Part shown: positions 59,433-64,000 of the stretch, piece after piece
Layout of the letters: the number at the start of each line of letters is the position of its first letter
Numbering within the stretch: the stretch's first letter is position 1
NCBI GenBank assembly: GCA_964016885.1
Contig: OZ024766.1
Span: forward strand, 6,262,001 to 6,326,000
Direction of reading: 5' to 3'
Length of the DNA stretch: 64,000 nucleotides
From: Eledone cirrhosa
Lineage: Eukaryota
Program-made: the position numbers and the translations under genes
The notes under the pieces: generated by a model
The model's input: only the letters and a program-made list of their open reading frames with translations
Told to the model about the DNA's origin: nothing
The model's database searches: none

Positions 59433-60670
59433 TATCATCATCATCATTTTATGCCCACTTTTCCCTGCTTACAAGGGTGGGATGGGTCCTATTCAGCACA
59501 GCATCTCTCCATTTGTCACAGTCCTTCGTCATCTCCTCTGTGAGCTTCAGCGATCTGAGGTCAGCTCTCACCACCTCTGCCCATGTTTTTCGTGGTCTTC
59601 CTTTACTACGTCTTCCTTCAACTGACATTTCCTGGCACATCTTTACCCAGCAGTCATCCTCCATGCGTATCACATGTCCATACCATCTCAGTCTCCTCTC
59701 TCGCACACTACAGTTTATCCCTATTATACACAGTTTCTCTCTTAACTCACCTATGCTTGGTCGTTCACCACCCGCCTTGCCTAAGTACAAAGCGAAACCT
59801 ACAGTCAGTAGGCACCTCTTAACCAAATATATACCACCATCCCACAACCCATACTCCACCACACCCCCACTAACACCACCCTTTCTCTGTAAAGTTTATG
59901 TTGGTACCACAACATCCAGTCCTAAATAAATGAGGTCGAGTAGGTGTCACGACAAAAAATACACAGTCCACACTGTAAAGTAGCCGTGTAGGTAACACGG
60001 TAAAAAGCTCCCAGTCCACACTGTAATGTGGCCGTGTAGGTAACACGGTAAAAAGGCTCCCAGTCCACACTGTAATGTGGTTGTGTAGGTAACACGGTAA
60101 AAAGGCTCCCAGTCCACACTGTAATGTGGCCGTGTAGGTAACACGGTAAATACCTCCCAGTCCACACTGTAATGTGGTTGTGTAGGTAACACGGTAAAAA
60201 GGCTCCCAGTCCACACTGTAATGTGGCCGTGTAGGTAACACGGTAAAAAGCTCCCAGTCCACACTGTAATGTGGTTGTGTAGGTAACACGGTAAAAAGCT
60301 CCCAGTCCACACTGTAATGTAGCCGTGTAGGTAACACAGTAAAAAAGCTCCCAGTCCACACTGTAATGTGGCCGTGTAGGTAACACGGTAAAAAGCTCCC
60401 AGTCCACACTGTAATGTGGCCGTGTAGGTAACACGGTAAAAAGCTCCCAGTCCTCACTGTAAAGTAACCGTGTTACCTACACGGTAAAAAGCTTCCAGTC
60501 CACACTGTAAACGTGGTTGGTGTTAGGAAGGGCATCCAGCCGTAGAAAACCTGCCAGACAGTCCTATACGAGCGAGACACGGTCACCCGACAAATCTTGC
60601 TTCAAGTGGGACAACTTCCGTCTAACCCATGCTAGCGTGGAAAATGGACATTAAACGATGATGATGATGA

Positions 60671-60673
<3 letters not shown>
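59433..60673. mobile_element. Head-to-head RTE composite: minus-strand RTE ORF end (59433-59765) joined to a plus-strand RTE UTR with ~10 x 51-52-bp repeats
   Basis: ELREKL...RERRLRWYGHVIRM...GRPRKTWAEVV on minus; (ATG)n tails at both outer ends. Confidence 0.82.
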
Positions 60674-60731
<58 letters not shown>

Positions 60732-60875
60732 TATATATATATAATCACACATATATGCACACGTGTGCATGAACACACATATATACAAGCACATACACAC
60801 AATTTTTCCGATAAAAAATGAAAAAAAAATGTTATTAATATTTTTGTGTTCTTGTTAAATCTCTTTTGTTTTCAG

Positions 60876-60918
60876 GTGAAAAGATGGCTTCGATGGACGG
60901 TTTACCTGTAGATTGTAG
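60876..60918 (+). CDS. Candidate small exon, possibly SLC38A9
   Basis: Strong acceptor ctcttttgttttcag|G and donor AG|gtatag. Phase-1 reading is open (GEKMASMDGLPVDC), but similarity to human ...EYPDVCR is weak. Confidence 0.3.
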
Positions 60919-61073
60919 GTATAGAGCCCTATATATATATATATATACCACCTGGCTAATATATACATACATTTATAATATATATATATATATATATATT
61001 AGGCTGCTCAGCCGTTAATATGCACAAGGAAAGTATATACTTTCAGACGTTCATCTATCTGGCAGGAAGGTAT

Positions 61074-61116
61074 ACGATGCTGACGATAGCTAATAAGCAT
61101 GAAACTAGTACATCGT
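61074..61116 (+). ncRNA. Minimal type I hammerhead ribozyme motif
   Basis: ACGATG-CTGACGA-TAGCTAATAAGCAT-GAAA-CTAG-TA-CATCGT: 6-bp stem I, palindromic stem III, GUA site; stem II imperfect. Confidence 0.72.
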
Positions 61117-61508
61117 TCCTGTGTCAGTGTTGAACAAAAAGGTGACGTGGTTGCCTAAACACTGTACGGCGTAATTCGGGCTGTTTGTTTGTTTACAAAC
61201 AAACTAACCGAGCATTATAATAAATGTTCGGTAAACCGATACGTGCATATATATATGTGTGAATGTATGTATATATATACATACTACTGTACGTCTGTAT
61301 ACATATATGTATGTACGTATACATACATACTTACATTTAAGTAAGTGCCGGACTAAGAGTGAGAAATGAAATTTTGTTTCATTCTATTCCATTTATATAT
61401 ATATATAAATAAATATATATATATATATATATATATTGAACTTATGGTCTTTATATATGTATATGAGTGTATATATATATTATATATATATTATATATAT
61501 ATATATAT

Positions 61509-61539
<31 letters not shown>

Positions 61540-61562
61540 ATATACATATATACACACACATA

Positions 61563-61594
<32 letters not shown>

Positions 61595-61599
61595 CAGTA

Positions 61600-61650
<51 letters not shown>

Positions 61651-61809
61651 ATGTGTATATATTTATATATATATATATGTGTGTATGTGTATATATTTAT
61701 ATATATATGTGTGTATGTGTATATATTTATATATATATATATGTGTGTATGTGTATATATTTATATATATATGTATATATATGTATGTGTATATATGTAT
61801 ATATATATA

Positions 61810-61866
<57 letters not shown>

Positions 61867-62237
61867 GTATATATAGCTAAAGGTGGTATATAAAATATAT
61901 ATATATAGTCATAGCATGCCTCTGCTTAACTCTAGATGTGTTGCACAGCATGTTGGTGGCCTCCCAGGCTCATGGATTGTCTTTTATTTAGAATCGCTTG
62001 CCCTGAGTGTATATATATGTGTGTGCATGTATTTATGTGTGTGTGTATATATGCATGTATATATATTAATTTTCTTTGTTTATTTTAAGTCGTCAAATAT
62101 GAAATTTGTAGAAATTTGTAGAAAAAACACAAATTTCTACAAATTTCATACTTGACGATCCGATATTTGTGTGTATATATATGCATGTATGTATAAGGGA
62201 TATATAATGCTATGACTAATGCAATTAAAATATACAC

Positions 62238-62640
62238 TCTGCTATATATATAGATATATATACCCTCTAGTATGTATAATGGCTTGTTATTGATAATATA
62301 TACACATGTTGCTAGTTATAACATATACACCCTGCTATATATATAGATATATATACCCTCTAGTATGTATAATGGCTTGTTATTGATAATATATACACAT
62401 GTTGCTAGTTATAACATATACACCCTGCTATATATAGATATATATACCCTCTAGTATGTATAATGGCTTGTTATTGATAATATATACACATGTTGCTAGT
62501 TATAACATATACACCCTGCTATATATATAGATATATATACCCTCTAGTATGTATAATGGCTTGTTATTGATAATATATACACATGTTGCTAGTTATAACA
62601 TATACACCCTGTAGTATGTATAATGGCTTGCTATTTATAT
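62238..62640 (+). repeat. ~91-93-bp tandem repeat, ~4 copies
   Basis: Direct inspection. Confidence 0.9.
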
Positions 62641-62799
62641 TATATACACAACATACTAGTTATAATATATGCACCCTGCTAATCTAATATATTGTATATA
62701 TAACCTGGTATATATTATATACACTCACTGCTATATAATAAATACACAGCATGCTCTCTCTATCTCTTTCTTGCTTTTACTCTCTCATGTATATATATA

Positions 62800-64000
62800 C
62801 TAGCTGGTCCATCCGGCTGGTGCCCGGCAAGGTATACCAGCATTTTATCTTTTCAGGAATCCCCCCCCCCCCTCCACTCCATTGCAAATATACTACACGC
62901 CCTCTCAAGTCAGCGAGGTGGGAGGGTGGTTAACGTGCTCTGATGTTGGGTTTGAATAGTTTTTAGGATTCCCCAGTTCAGCAGCCAGTATGTTAAAGAA
63001 AATTGAATTGGCAGTATCGGTAAAGGGTCGGACGCCATGCTTTGACGCATAGAGTTACGGCCCTTGCCATTCTGAGTTCAAATCCCGCCGAGGTTAACTT
63101 TGCCTTTCATCCTTACGGGGTCGATAAAATAAAGTACCAGTAATGCACTGGGATAATTGCTGGCCTTGTGCCAAAAGTAGAAACAATTATTATTATTATA
63201 TTTTATAAAATAAAGTACCAGTAATACACTTGGATAATTGCTGGCCTTGTGCCAAAAGTAGAAACAATTATTACAGGGTCGATAAAATAAAGTACCAGTA
63301 ATACACTGGGGTAATTGCTGGCCTTGTGCCCCCAAAGGTAGAAAGTTATTACGGGGTCGATAAAATAAAGTACCAGTAATACACTGGGGTAATTGTTGGC
63401 CTTGTGCCCCCAAAAGTAGAAAGTTATTACGGGGTCGATAAAATAAAGTACCAGTAATACACTGGGGTAATTGCTGGCCTTGTGCCTAAAGTAGAAACAG
63501 TTATTACGGGGTCGATAAAATAAAGTACCAGTAATACACTGGGGTAATTGATGGCCTTGTGCCAATAGTAGAAACAAGTATGTTAAAGGAAATTGATAGT
63601 TACAACAATAAAGGCTGAACAGAGAACACATGTTTTAACAAACAATAATTTGTACAACCATAATGGAAATTCCAAGTAACAGAAAATATTTAAATAACAT
63701 TGTTAGAGCCTCAGAGTATAAAATACTTTTGTTCGGCCCTCCAGAGCAAAGATGAAGAGATTGTTTGGCAAGCTCACCCTAGAGCATCCTACATACAATT
63801 GACCATGGGAGAATCACTGATTTCGTAGCTCGTCTCACGGAGATGCTCTGTAGACGTTGACTTCTGGACACTCCTGTTGTTCGGCCCTCCGGAGCAAAGA
63901 TGAAGAGATTGTTTGGCAAGCTCACCCTAGAGCATCCTACATCCAAAAGACCATGGGAGAATCACTGATTTCGTAGTTCGTCTCACGGAAACGCTCTGTA
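62800..64000 (-). mobile_element. Helitron 3' part: decayed RepHel PIF1-helicase C-terminus (duplicated 148 bp) and 3' terminus; interrupted by a Nin-SINE plus array (63005-63580)
   Basis: Minus strand FSHGQLYVGCSRVSLPNNLFIFALEGRTKSILYSEAL (~63700-63823, second copy 148 bp further). Terminus ccgg-gcaccag-ccgg...cagCTAG|t at 62800. Confidence 0.85.

Overview
Repeat-saturated animal genomic DNA. The SINE/LINE families and very long (TA)n tracts suggest an octopod cephalopod (inference). A 200-N scaffold gap lies at 31717-31916. Nearly all long ORFs in the track are translations of tandem repeats. Two real spliced genes can be assembled on the + strand from GT-AG sites and matching phases. (1) The last two coding exons of a stargazin/TARP (CACNG5/7-like) gene lie at 6056-6190 and 16964-17268. 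(2) The first six coding exons of SLC38A9, the lysosomal arginine sensor, lie at 38181-38371, 41452-41517, 50015-50159, 52622-52713, 55247-55310 and 56853-56946. The rest is tRNA-derived SINEs, RTE and Tx1-like LINE ends, piggyBac-type MITEs, Helitron remnants and Penelope-like foldback relics, three of which retain minimal hammerhead ribozyme folds. Many elements have had an internal segment amplified into a satellite. The most unusual feature is that the same amplification captured a host splice acceptor plus exon start. This leaves 14 decoy copies in front of the SLC38A9 Rag-binding exon, two of them in frame with poly-His inserts.
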